Assembly (NCBI GenBank): GCA_963575745.1
Contig: CAUYUJ010000292.1
Location: 1 to 64,000 of the forward strand
Direction of reading: 5' to 3'
Length of the DNA stretch: 64,000 bases
Origin: Prorocentrum cordatum
Taxonomy: Eukaryota
In this document: positions 1 through 13,846 of the stretch, one piece after another
Numbering within the stretch: position 1 is the first letter of the stretch
Layout of the letters: every line of letters starts with the position of its first letter
The notes under the pieces: generated by a model
The model's input: the letters and a program-made list of their open reading frames with translations, nothing else
Told to the model about the DNA's origin: nothing
Databases searched by the model: none
Program-made: the position numbers and the translations under genes

Positions 1-90
1 CTCCTCCTCCTCCTCCTCCTTCTCCTCCTCCTCCTCCTCCTCCTCCTCCTCCTCCTCCTCCTCCTCCTCCTCCTCCTCCTCCTCCTCCTC
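1..90. repeat. (CCT)n microsatellite, 5' flank of the non-LTR element
   Basis: Near-perfect CCT repeats up to position 90. Confidence 0.97.
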
Positions 91-91
91 C

Positions 92-126
92 GCTCAAGCA
101 ACTTGGGCTCAGAACTCCATTTTGGC
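92..126 (+). other. Stack of relic dinoflagellate spliced-leader sequences
   Basis: GCTCAAG (92-98, SL 3' end), then CAACTTGGGCTCAG (99-112, about 11/15 to the truncated relic CCATTTTGGCTCAAG), then exact CCATTTTGGC (117-126). Confidence 0.65.
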
Positions 127-228
127 AGCCCTGAGTCCAGCACTGCACCTCAGCGTGGTGCTTGAGTGGCCCGTGCCCGCAGCCCAGTTGCGGCCAGCGC
201 GCACGGTGGCTAAGCAGCGCGAACAGCA

Positions 229-1393
229 ATGTCGAATCCCGCCACAAGGTTGTACACACGGTGCCGATCTTGCGGCAAGAACGAGTGGAATGACATCTTG
301 GAGCGTTATGATAAGAAGTGTACCAGGTGTTCGAAGCCGGTCAGGCTCTACACCCCTCGCTCGAAGTCGCCGAAGCGTGTTTCCTTCGCCAATGACAAGG
401 ACAACTACCTAGCGACAGATCACCAAGGGAAGTTGAAGTCTGCCCTGAAGCCCCAGGTGAAAGGCCCCTTGAGCGCCGAGACCCTCTTGGCCGAGGCGAT
501 CAAGGCGACCACAGATCCTGCCATCAGGTCGTCTCTCCAGTCGGAGCTGAACAAGTTGGAGAGCCAGAGGCAGGTCGAAGCAGATGCACAGATTTCAGCA
601 GCAGAGGAGGTGCGCAAGGCCGATGCGGCCTGGCGCGATGCAGATATGAAACATAGCCAAGCCGTCAACTCCGTCATGCGGATCCGCAAGCAGCTCGAGT
701 TGGCGGAGGGCAAGGAGAAGACAGCCGCAGTCACCCTGGCCACCGCCACGGCGGCCAAGCAGGCAGCGGCGAAGAGGCTGGCCCAGTCCGAGGGCGTCGT
801 GGAGGGCAACTCGCAGTCGAAGCCCGACGACGACGGCCACATCTTCAACCTCTCGTGGGATGAGTCAATCTTCCAGGATGCGGCTGGCGAGTTTGAAGAG
901 AGTGAACGTGCCATCATGGAGCAGCTTGAAAAGGAGCTCAAAGCCGCCAAGGAGAACTTGGGGGCTCGCGAGAAGGAGATCCAGGGCTGGCTCGATAGAG
1001 CCAAGGAGGTGCGCAAGCAGGTGCAGGAGCGCATGGGCAAGAAACGCAGGGTCGACGGTGCCACGGCCGAGCAGGCGAAGCCCGACGACCAGGCCGCCGC
1101 TGGCGGCAACTCGGCAGAGGCTCCGCCGCCTACAGCCGAGGCGGCGCCGCCTGCAGGCTCGGGCGACGGCCGCTCCTCTGCCACGGCGGCCGAGGCCTCG
1201 CCGACGGCGGGGGGGCGCGGCGGCAGCTGAGGCCCGTGCAGCGGCTGCGCAGGCGGAGGCGGAGGAGATCTCGCAGGCCAAGTTCGCTGCCGCGACGGCT
1301 GCTGCTGCGGCGAAGGCTGCGGCCACCGCCAATGGCAAGGGTCAGTCCACTGACGCCGCCAAGTCGAGCGGCAAGGGTTTCGCGACCATGTGA
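229..1393 (+). CDS. Retrotransposon ORF1: N-terminal CxxC-x15-CxxC putative zinc finger, coiled coil, Ala-rich tail; one apparent frameshift near 1210
   Basis: RCRSCGKNEWND...KCTRCSKPVRL is conserved in copy A2 (TCKACGTHEWND...KCRKCSRQVRL); reading continues in the 860..1393 frame (AEEISQAKFAAA) after a G-run. Confidence 0.75.
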
Positions 1394-1543
1394 CGCAGAT
1401 CGCCGTCTCGCTCGGCTCCTGCAGGACGGTCGAGCGGGACAACGGCGAGCAGTCCCAGTCCTTGCACGGTTTCTAGCTCGTGTCCCTCGACGGGTGGACC
1501 ATCACTGGACAGCATCAGTACGGGTCCGCGAGGCAGCACGAGC

Positions 1544-4500
1544 ATGCAGTCGTCCCTCTCCTCTCCCTCTTCGTCGGTTTCTCCATCGTCGGGTGAATCG
1601 TCAGTGGACTTGGCTCCTACTACTGATTCGGATGGTGCAGCTGTAACGTCTTTGCTCTTTGGGAATGTCACATGCATGAGTAACAAGATTTGGAAGTATC
1701 TACTCAGCCAGAAGGAGGCGCATTCACTCTTTGCAGTTGCGGAGACGCATGTTTCTCGGAAGGGTCTTCGTAAATGGGATAAGCTTGCACGAGGTGAGGG
1801 ACTTCGATTGCATGCCAACCCCGCTCGCGAGGATCATCAGTTTCGCACCGTTGCTGCTAGTCAGGAGGCTCGTGCCAATGAAAGTGGAGAGTGGATCGTC
1901 AGTCGAGGCCATTTGCAGGTACGCAGTTTTGAGACTCTGTGCAGCACACAAGTCATTCGAGCTGGAGAAGGACGAGTTCTGGACGGGATGATGCCCGTCG
2001 TCGTCCACATGGCCGGTTACACTTTCGTCTTAGTTTGTTTTTACGGCATCAACTCGATGGGCTTCACAGGGCCCAACCTACTACGCTACCAGCGCCTAGG
2101 CGCATTTCTGCATGCTCTTCAATTGCCGTGGGTGGTTGTGGGGGACTTCAATGCCCCAGCAGCTGCAGTCACCAAGTCAGAATTTGCAGCCCGAGTTGGA
2201 GGGCACGTGCTGACTCCTGATGTTCAATACACGTGCGATTCGGGAGCGAATGGCAGCATGATCGACTTCGTTATGTGCAGCACGTCGGCGCTCTCGTACG
2301 TGAAGGCAGTCAAGCCAGTCTTCTCGGCCCCCTGGAAGACCCACATCGGCATCGAGGTGCAGATCAGGCAGGCAGGGGCACAGCTGCTCTCACGCTCGCT
2401 AGTCCTGGCACCGAAATTACCTCAGATGGCTCGTCCTGGCACAGAACCGACAATCGGGTCTAAGGCCAGCCAAGCTCGTGCACGGCGAAACATTGTTCGC
2501 CAGGAAGCGGCAGCGAAGCGTGAGGAAAAGTACGATCGACTTTTCAGTGATTGTCTTGCCGCTCTCAACCCTGCCTCCAGGTCCTCCCCTAGTAGTGACG
2601 CGACCGATGTCGGTGAAGCGATCGAGGTTGAATCATTCTGTTCTGAGGAAGATCCGCGGGCTGATGAGTTTAATTTCACCTCGACGCGTGATGAGGTTAC
2701 CACTGAATTCCCTGGCGTTTCAGGATCTGGCTCGAGTACGGATGGTCAGACGAACACGTCGGCTCCTGGGGGCGGTCTCGGGGCCTCGTCGGTGCTCGTG
2801 GGGACCCCCCCGTGTTCGTCGGACCCTGTTACTGAGCCTACGGTCCTTAATTCGACCCAGTCCTCTCGCCCACATAGCAGTGTTGAAGTGGTTTCTTATA
2901 ACATTCCTGCCGAATTGTGGGAGGCCCAGAGAGCCTCGGTAGGTTTCCAGAGTTTCTCCTCTCTCTCCCTCCCTCCTTACATCCAGCAGTCGGCCGTCTA
3001 CCAGGTCGACCCTGAAGGATGTTGTCTGGTTAATGGAATAAATTCTTCTTGGGTAAAGATTTTAGAGGCCACTATCCTAGCGCATCATCGGGAAGGACAG
3101 CCTCATGGCGTGTCCCGTGCTGACGTTCCTCGGTTCGTAGTCCATGAGGCGCAGGTGAATCATAAGTATCGGGCGGCTCCGTTACGGGATGCGGTCTCTA
3201 ACTGGTGGGCTAGATTGCATACTGTACTAGTGGGGATTCATAAGCATCGCAGTCGTGGTAACGGGCTGTCCCAACAACGGCAACTGGAGAAAGCGCGTGT
3301 AGGCCTAGTTGAAGATCGCCCAGAGCAGGTCCATTGCAATATTCGCGATGGTCTGGAGGCTGGGTGGTCTGAATGGTTGAAGCTGCTTCCTGCCGTTTCG
3401 GAGGCGTCCCTCGACACGTTGCTACGTTTCTCTACCTGGGCTGATAGGATTGCCAAGCGCAGTCAGAGGCGAGCGACGGCAGCGTCGCTCAAGGAGTTCC
3501 GCGAGTGGGCATCGTCGTCGGAAGCTCTGGTTACCCTGCACAGGGCTACTCGGCAGGACCCTCTTCCTCCTCTCGAGTTCCTCGATGGCGACGGTCACCT
3601 GGTATTTCACCCGGAGGACATCATAGATTTTAAATCCAGGAAATGGCGCAAGGCTTGGGCCCCAGAGGTTACCGATCCCGAGGCGGCCTTAGCGTCGGTG
3701 TTGGGTATTGTGCGAGATGCAGTTCGTGATATTCCTGATCCCCTACCTCCCCTGGGTGTCAGTGATCTACGGCGTGCTCTGCGTGGCATGAAGAGTAAGA
3801 CGGGCCTAGGCGTGGATCGGGTGTCCCCTGGGGATCTTGAGCGTCTCCCTGATGTGGGTCTCGGTGCTCTTGCTGATCTCCTCAACTGCGCGGAGTCCCT
3901 GCTCGTCTGGCCTGCCCAAACGTTAGTGGTTATTGGCAAGCTCCTGCCCAAAAAGGCCTCAGGGGATAGAATTATTGGGCTCATATCTACGCTCGGAAGG
4001 GTGCGGAGCAAAGCACGCGAGCCTTGGGTCCAGCAATTGACGGCGGATACGGAGCCTTCTTGGGATGCTGCCGTCAAAGGCAACTCGTCGTTGCAAGAAG
4101 CATTTAGGAGGCCCCTTGATGAAGAGGTGTCAGCGATATTGGACATCCCATACGGCCACAGCTTGACGGACATTGAATCATATTACGACACGATGTTCTG
4201 GCTCAAACTCGTTCGTGCTGCAGTGCGCTTGGAATTCCCACCTACAGTACTTTACCTTGAGCTGGTTCAATGTGCATGCCCACGCACTCTGAATCAATTG
4301 TCCGCTTTTCGGTGCCGTTCGAGGTCACACGTTCTATAATCCAGGGCCTCCGCTCTGGGGCGCGCTTCGCGCGCATTATGACATTCTTCGTGATGGATAA
4401 AATGTGCAAGGCGAACATCCGTTGCAGCCGCAGGCTATGGATCGATGATCTATCCCAAGCGACGAGAGGTTCACGACGGCAAGTACGAATCAATTTGGTG

Positions 4501-6726
4501 AAATGCATAACGGATACCGCCGAGGGCTTCCACGGTCAAGGGCTCAAGATAGCTTCTAAATCAGTGGTGGTCTGCTGCCATTATTCAGATGCAATTGATG
4601 TAGTCAAGGCCCTCCGTAGGAAGGGCATCCACATGACAGCGGCGCGCAGTTGTGTTTACCTTGGTGCTGATCTCGGCGCAGGACGGCGGCACACGCGGGA
4701 GCAGAGAGTGAAGCGCGTTGTCAAGCACGTGGCCCGTCACAAGCAGGTCCGCAGGTGCACCGTCGCAATGCGCAAGGTCAAGATATCTTCACGTCTGGAG
4801 AAGCAGGGAGGGCAAGCCGTAGGCAGTTACGGTTACCAGCTGCACGGGGCGTTCGGCCAGTATCTTCTTCAACATCGGCGGAGGCTCGGTGCTTCCTGTC
4901 AGGTTGTTGACAAGTTACAAGGCGTACCAGCAACTCAGCGTTCACGGCATGTACGTGGACCGCTGTCTGCGATTATCACGTATATGTTATCCTTTGGTTG
5001 GGTGCCGCGCGGTCCTACTGATTGGGTCCTACCTGCATCGGATCATGACTGGCGCTTCCCAGCCGACGGATTTTCAGGTGTGAAAGCATTGGACAACTTT
5101 GACGATTTTCTGACTGATGTGCGTGCAGCTGCTATGTCACCCCATTGGTCACAGGCGGCTCAGCACTCCGACGGAGAGGGCATTCAAGATGGTATCGATA
5201 CATGGTCTCTGAGACGTCTTTTGGAACAATTGGGCACTATTCAAGTTGGAGGTGCGAGGCTCGCAGGTCTTCTACTCTCCATTGCTGTCGGTGGCGCATG
5301 GCCTCGGAGTCGCAAGGGAACCCTTTCCGAGCATCGTGGCAAGAGTGAGTCGGAGCTGCAGGCTTTCATGACATGTCTTCGTTGCAAGAGTGATGTGGAG
5401 ACTTCGTTTCACCGGTCCTGGGCTTGCAGTTGTAACAAGGATTCGCCGATCTACGAAGCCAGTGACACGTTGTATTCTTCTGCGCAATCCCAACACGAGG
5501 CGTCTGCATGTTTCTGGCTCAGAGGCCTGGTCCCAGCACCTTGGACGCGAACCCCAGACCCGCAGTTGGTTGATGAGTGGCAGTACAGTGGGATTGTCGA
5601 TGTCGAGCCTGGCTGCCTCCCTCGAGGCACGGCAGAACGTCCTACAATTATTTTCGGAAATGCAAGTGGAGGCCCTGAAACGGCAGATCCACGTTTGCGC
5701 AGGGTGGCCATGGGTGTGGTTGTGATGTCAAGCTATGATCCTCCAGTTGTGGGCGCTCACATCGTCGGGGGTCTGCCAGGCTTGAAGCAGTCTGTGGCCA
5801 GAGGAGAGTTGAGATCTTTGTGGCTCGCCATATGGGCCAGTGCAGGCCCCATTCATTATATCACAGATTGTGAGAATGTATCCAAGGGTTGGGCTGAATG
5901 CAAGTACTCAGATCCTCGGGGTGCTGGTGCAGATTTGTGGGCCCAAATTCAGATTCTGATGAGAACACGTGATGTGAATGATGTTTCCGTGGAGTTCGTC
6001 AACTCACACTTGTCTGGGAGTGATATCGTTGATGGACGGGCTGAGCGATGGAAGGTGCTGGGCAATTCTACCATAGATGAACTGGTTGGCGATATGGCGG
6101 CCGAAGCTCGACTGGCCCCTGCAATTCGTCATCGTGTGCTGGACATCGAGCGACAGGCCTTCCTGGTGAGGCACAGGCTCCTGCGCGCTGCCGCAGACTC
6201 CATGGCCAGCGAGCTTCAGGACTTGGAGAGGAGGAAGGAAGGCGGGTCTCCTCCTCCTCCTCCCCCTCCTCCTGCTGTAGCTCCCGTGCCTGTTCCGAGT
6301 GCGGTCTCTTTTTTCTCGACCTGTCACGTGTTGGACGACAGTGGTCGTAAGTGCAAGCGCTGTATGGGCTCGGCCTCTTTGGGGCGCCTGGAGGTCTGGA
6401 AAAGCAACTCTTGTTTCAAGCCCCTCAACCTGAATGGGGATTTCCACACGGTCCCTGACGGACATAGGTTGCACGTGGCTGGAGACTGGGTGCACGATAC
6501 ACATGCCATGAATCTTAGCACGAAGTTGGGTCTTTGGTTTTGCGGGAGGTGTGGGTTCTTCGCCAGTCAGCAGAACCGTAACCTCCGCAAAGAATGTTCC
6601 CGAGCCACACCGACTGGAGAGGGTTATTTGAAGTGGATCCGCCAAGGTCAGTGGACCAAAGTGCTAAGTAGAGCCGAGAAGGCTAGACGGTCTGATCTCA
6701 GGCGTGGTCTCCCTCCCTCGGTCTAG
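1544..6726 (+). pseudogene. Retrotransposon ORF2 (APE/EEP endonuclease, reverse transcriptase, RNase H, C-terminal Cys/His motifs), frameshifted near 4305
   Basis: EN: FGNV, AVAETH, VVGDFN, IDFV, WKTH; RT: GVDRV, LPKK..GDRII, DIESYYD, IIQG, WIDD, YLGADL; RNase H: FGNASGG, RGEL, YITDC, VNSH, GNSTID; C-terminal H..CxxC..C twice. Confidence 0.92.
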
Positions 6727-6770
6727 GCTCCATGTTCCTCACTTCGTGAACAGACATTCTCATTATCATT

Positions 6771-9067
<2,297 letters not shown>

Positions 9068-9075
9068 CAACATAA

Positions 9076-11038
9076 GAGAGAGCGTGATCCACCGCCGCTT
9101 TACTGTGGAACATTCCCCCCCCTCTTCCTCCAGAACCCGGGGGTCACCCCTCCTCCGAAAATCCCCCCCCTGCTGGACCCCCCCCCTTCCCCCCGGCAAA
9201 ACCCCCTCCCTCCCCTAACCCCTCCCCCCCCTCTCCGGAAAACCGAAAGGGGTCTCCGGTGCGACACCCCCCCTCTCCGAAAACCGGGGTGGGTCACTAC
9301 CTGTTCGAACCCCTCCCCCCCCAGAAAACCAGAGGGGGGTCACTACCGGGTTCGAACCCCCCCCCTCTCCAAAAAAACCGAGAGGGTGGCACTATCGGTT
9401 CGAACCCCCCCCCAATCGAAAACCGAGGGGGGGGGGGGTCACTACCGGTTCGAACGCCCCTCCTCTCGAAAACCCGGGGGGGGTCACTACCGGTTCGGAC
9501 CCCCCCCCGCCCCTCGAAAACAGGAGGGGGTCACTACCAGTTCGAACCCCTACCCCCCCACACTACCGGTTCGAACCCCCCCCCTCTCCAAAGAACCGGA
9601 GGGGGTCACCATCGGTTCGACCCCCCCCCCCCTCGAAAACCGAGGGGGGGGGGTCACTACCGTTCGAACCCCCCCCCTCTCGAAAACCCGGGGGGGTCCT
9701 ACCGGTTCGGACCCCCCCCCCCCCTCGAAAACAGGAGGGGGTCACTACCAGTTCGAACCCCTACCCCCCCCCCACGCTCACCTCCAGCAAACGACTCCCG
9801 GGTCCCTACCACCGTCCGCACCACATCCCCCACTGCTGTCCCCAGCACCACTGTCCTAACCACCACTATCCCCACTGTTCCCAGCACTGTCCCCACTGTC
9901 CCCACCAGTGCCCCCACCACTGTCGCACTGTCCCCACTGTCCCCACTGTTCCCACCACTGTCGCACTGTCCCCACTGTCCCCACTTTCTCCACGGCCCCA
10001 ACCACTGTCCCACTGTCCCAACTGTCCCAGTGTCCCACTGTCCCCGCCGCTGTCCCACTGAGCTGTCCCACTGTTCCCACCACTGTCCCCACTGTCCCCA
10101 CCACTGTCCCCACTGTTCCTCTGTCTCATTATCCCACCGCCGTCCTCGCCACCGCCCTCCACTGTACCCTCCACTGTCCCACTGTTTCCACCACATTCCC
10201 ACTGTCCCGACACCACTGTCCCCACCACCACCGTCCCCACCACTGTCCCACTGTCCCCACTGTTCCCAACATTGTCCCCGCTGTCCCCACCAGTGCTCCC
10301 ATCAGTGTCTCACTGTCCCCACTCTCCCCACCATTGTCCCACCACGGTCCCACTCTCCCCACTTTCCCCACGGTCCCCACCACTGTCCCCACTGTACCCA
10401 CCACTGTCCCATTGTCCCCGCCGCTGTCCCACTGTGCTGCCCCACCGTCCCCACTGTCCCCTATCACTGTCCCACTGTTCCCACTGTCCCCACACTTTCC
10501 CCACTGTACTACTGTCCCACCACTGTCCTCACCACCACCTTCACCAGTCCCCACCACTACCGTCCCCACCACTGTCCCACTGTCCCCACCATTGTCCCGC
10601 TGTCCCCTCACCACTGTCCCCACCACCACCGTCCCCACCACAGTGCGAACCACTGTCCCACTGTGTCCCGCTGTCCCCGCACCACTGTCCCCACCACTAC
10701 CGTTCCCACCACTGTCCCAGCATCCCCACCATTGTCAACTGTCCCGAGGAGCGGGAATCGTTTGCCGGCGGCGAGGGGGGGGGTTCGAACCAGTAGTGAC
10801 CCCCCCCCAGTTTTCGAGGGAGTGGGGGGGTTCGAACCGGTAGTGACCACCCCCGGTTTTCGAGGGGGGGGGAGGGGTTCGAACCAGTAGTGACCCCCCC
10901 CTTTTCATGATGGACTGGGGGGGAGGGGTTCGAACCGGTAGTGACCCCCCCCCGGTTTTCGAGGGGAGGGGGGACGGGTTGGGAACCCCAGTGACCCCCC
11001 CCCGGTTTTCCGCCAGCAGCGGTAGAACACGCTCTTTC
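9076..11038. mobile_element. Foldback-like non-autonomous DNA transposon, copy 1
   Basis: TIR GAGAGAGCGTGATCCACCGCCGCT / AGCAGCGGTAGAACACGCTCTTTC; 8-bp TSD CAACATAA (9068-9075, 11039-11046); inverted ~40-bp subterminal repeats; central (CACTGTCCC)n minisatellite. Confidence 0.93.
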
Positions 11039-11428
11039 CAACATAACCATCACCATCAACATAAGCATCATCAGGGAAATAGGCAGGGAAATAGGCAGGT
11101 GCGGTGGGATATCTGGTGGCACGCTGGCTCTGGCAGGAGTAGCAGTAGCCCTGAAGGCTGCGGAACTGCAGCGCTCGTTTTGGAATGCAGAATGAATATC
11201 ATCTTAGCTCATTCGCTGGCCAGGTCGCGCCAACGCGGCTGCTGCCGACCAGTCTGGTTGAGAGCTCGTCACAGTGCCGACCCATCCCCACCACAACACG
11301 ATGGTAATGCGAGGGGTGGAAAGGAATGGCTAGCATCCTCCTGGCGCGACAGCGTATTTATCCCTTATGTGCGGCTAGAGCGTTTCGACGTAGCGCTGCG
11401 CGCCCATGTCCTGCATGAGGCCGAAGGA

Positions 11429-11430
<2 letters not shown>

Positions 11431-11478
<48 letters not shown>

Positions 11479-11491
11479 CGATGACGATGAC

Positions 11492-11576
<85 letters not shown>
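11431..11576. repeat. (GAT)n microsatellite
   Basis: Read directly. Confidence 0.97.
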
Positions 11577-11891
11577 GTGTGCCGTTGGTCCTCGCCAGTT
11601 GAACCCTCGAGTCGTGCCTCGAGATCTTGGGGGAGGATGTGCCAAGGCTGCGGAGGAGAGCCACCAGGCGGCCACCATGATGCGTCTCCACCTCCTCGCC
11701 ATCTTCGTCCCCCTCGAGGAAACCTCCGCCTCCGCACCCGACGCGACCGACGGCCTCCGTCACCTCCTCCGGGTCGAGGGCGCAGTCGCTGGTGCAGCCG
11801 CTGGCGTGGTCGCTGGCGCAGCCTCTGGCGTGGGCGTCGGCGGTGCGCACGCTCGGCTATCGACGGGAGGGCCTGCGGCTCGTAGCTTGAG

Positions 11892-12113
11892 CAGGGAACG
11901 ACCGTCCCGGCATTCCTATAGTCATACCACGAAATGTTCTTTGAATAAAAAATGTTCTAAGAACAAAAACAATGCTCTTAGAACACAAACCCGATGTGAC
12001 AAAGCAAGACAATATCAGCCAGAAAGGTCCTAAGAACATTTCGTGGAAACCACAAAAGGTTCCTAGAACGTTGTTTGGTGGGGCTATCGCCGAGCCAGGA
12101 CGCTTCGTCACTG
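11892..12113. mobile_element. MITE-like element with CAG...CTG ends and internal GTTCTTAGAAC-like palindromes
   Basis: ~30-bp imperfect TIR; CTTGAG duplicated on both sides; full copy at 44624-44847, partial copy at 12304-12372. Confidence 0.75.
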
Positions 12114-12303
12114 CTTGAGAGTGCGGAGGCCCCGCGCTCGCCGCGCCCGCGGCGCACGTGGCCCCTGCGCGCCTAGGGGCTCCCGGCGCGCTCGGGGCTC
12201 CCGGCGCGTGGGGGGCGCCCCGGGCCGCCGAGAGCGCCCAGCCCGCCCAGGGCGCCCAGCGTGTGCAGGGCTGCCACCGCGGCCCAGGGGCTCGTAGCTT
12301 GAG

Positions 12304-12372
12304 CAGGGACCGACCGTCCCGGCATTCCTATAGTCATACCACGAAATGTTCTTAGAACACAAACCCGATGTG
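12304..12372. mobile_element. Truncated copy of the CAG...CTG MITE inside a local duplication
   Basis: Same 5' end and same flank (GGCTCGTAGCTTGAG) as the 11892 copy. Confidence 0.75.
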
Positions 12373-12707
12373 GTTTAAGAGTAATTCGGGCGCGCTGGCG
12401 GGCCAGATGGCTCGAAGAATGATTCGTGGAGCTTCCCTGAGAGCGAAGCGGCGAAGCTTGAGAGTAATTCGAAGACGCTGGCGGGCTAGTTGGCCCGAGA
12501 AATCTCGACTCCCGGCCTCCTCCAGGTCGAAGGCACCGTCGCTGGTGCCGTCGCTGGCGCCATCGCTGGCGCAGTCGCCAGCGCAGTCGCTGGCGCAAGG
12601 TCTCTGGCGCGGGCGTCGGCGGCGTGCACGCTGGGTCCTCCAGGGGAGGGCTGCGGTGAGTGCGGAGGCTCCGCCTTCGCCGCTGCCCTCTCAGAGTGCC
12701 GTTGCAG

Positions 12708-12930
12708 AGGGCTCCCAGCGCGCCCAGGGCTCCCAGCGCGCCCAAGGCTCCCAGCGTGGGCTCCCGGCGTGTTGAGGGCTCCCCGGCTGTCGAAGACTCC
12801 CAGGGCGCCCAGGGCTCCCAGCAGGTTGAGGGCTCCCAGCGTGTCCAGGGCGCCCAGGGCGCCCAGGGCTCCCTGCGTGTTGATGATTCCCAGGTTGTCC
12901 AGGGCTCCCAGCGTGTCCAAGGCTCCCAGA
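12708..12930. repeat. ~18-bp tandem repeat (AGGGCTCCCAGCGCGCCC)
   Basis: Read directly. Confidence 0.8.
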
Positions 12931-13698
12931 AGCGGCGGGAAGGTAGGGCGGCTGGATGCGCAAATCGAGGGAGAGGGACGAAGACGGGCGCCTCTCTCCG
13001 CAAGCAGAACACGCCGTCGCGATGGTTGGGGTGAGCGGCCTCCTGTGCCATGTCGGCCCAGGTGCCGGGCGGACATCCAGGTTCGGGAGCGGCCAAGAGG
13101 GGGGCGTCCAAGAGGGGGCTGGCGCAAATCATAGCCAGCGGCATGTGCGCGGCCCCGGGGGGGCGCCAGGGACGTAATGAAGTAAGACGAGGCGCCATGA
13201 AATCTGGGGAGATGTCATGGCCCACGCCATGATATCCACCCCCCCTAGTCATCACCCCCCTCTTGGCCGCCCCAGACAGGTGACGAAGCGCTGGCGGCAC
13301 CGATCTCGACGCTTGCGTTCCTGTGTACATCCTGGGTGTGCGCGACGGTGTCCTTGCCGTATTCGTGGCTGTGTTCGTGTGGTCGCCCAAGTCGCGCCCG
13401 GGGCGGCCCGGCACGTCGGCGGCAGGGGCCCAGCTACCGCGGCGCCACGCAGCCGCTTCGGCTGCAGCCTGGGCGCCGTCGCCGCGCGGCGCGCTGGGCT
13501 GCGGTGGCGCCCAGCTCCACCGCCTCACGAGCTCGCGGCGAAGACCGACCCTGTACAGTCATCGGCCTGACCTGAGGAACGACACACGAGGAACGAAGCC
13601 CCTCTTCCCAAGGAGTCCAGCACAAGGAACGATACATGATAAATAACGCACCTGGAACGATAAACAACGCATGCAAGCCTAAGGAACATGGGGAAACC

Positions 13699-13846
13699 AA
13701 AAGGTACCGATACCGCTACTCCCCAGACCTCTCCTGGGGTGCGTTCTGACCAGAATTTCGAGGCGAATCCAGCGGTGGCGACGAGAGCATCCAGGGAGAC
13801 CCAAAAAAGAGGAAACAGGCGAAGGGTAGCAGTATGGGTACCTTTT
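13699..13846. mobile_element. MITE-like element with AAAAGGTACC inverted repeats
   Basis: AAAAGGTACCGATACCGCTACTC vs GGGTAGCAGTATGGGTACCTTTT; interior recurs at ~56750-56825. Confidence 0.65.

Larger units (their letters stand above)
92..6770 (+). mobile_element. Near full-length non-LTR retrotransposon (ORF1 + APE-RT-RNase H ORF2), copy A1
   Basis: Two-ORF layout, endonuclease/RT/RNase H motifs, (CCT)n on both sides, homologous to the decayed copy at ~40777-49020. Confidence 0.92.

Noticed and set aside
420..1818. Antisense ORFs over ORF1/ORF2
   Set aside because: Shadow frames of GC3-rich coding sequence.
4540..4550. GGCTCAAG as an SL relic (similar hits at ~3487, ~62406, ~62838)
   Set aside because: Short matches inside coding regions with no further SL similarity; expected by chance.
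9290..9770. tRNA genes suggested by GGTTCGAACCC
   Set aside because: The motif recurs every ~40 bp with no cloverleaf or A-box; it is part of transposon subterminal repeats.
9259..10890. 543-aa Cys/His/Pro-rich ORF
   Set aside because: Translation of the minisatellite inside a TSD-flanked non-coding element.
11375..11428. Terminal exon SFGLMQDMGAQRYVETL* on the minus strand
   Set aside because: Only 17 codons after a CAG, with no homology or upstream exon support.
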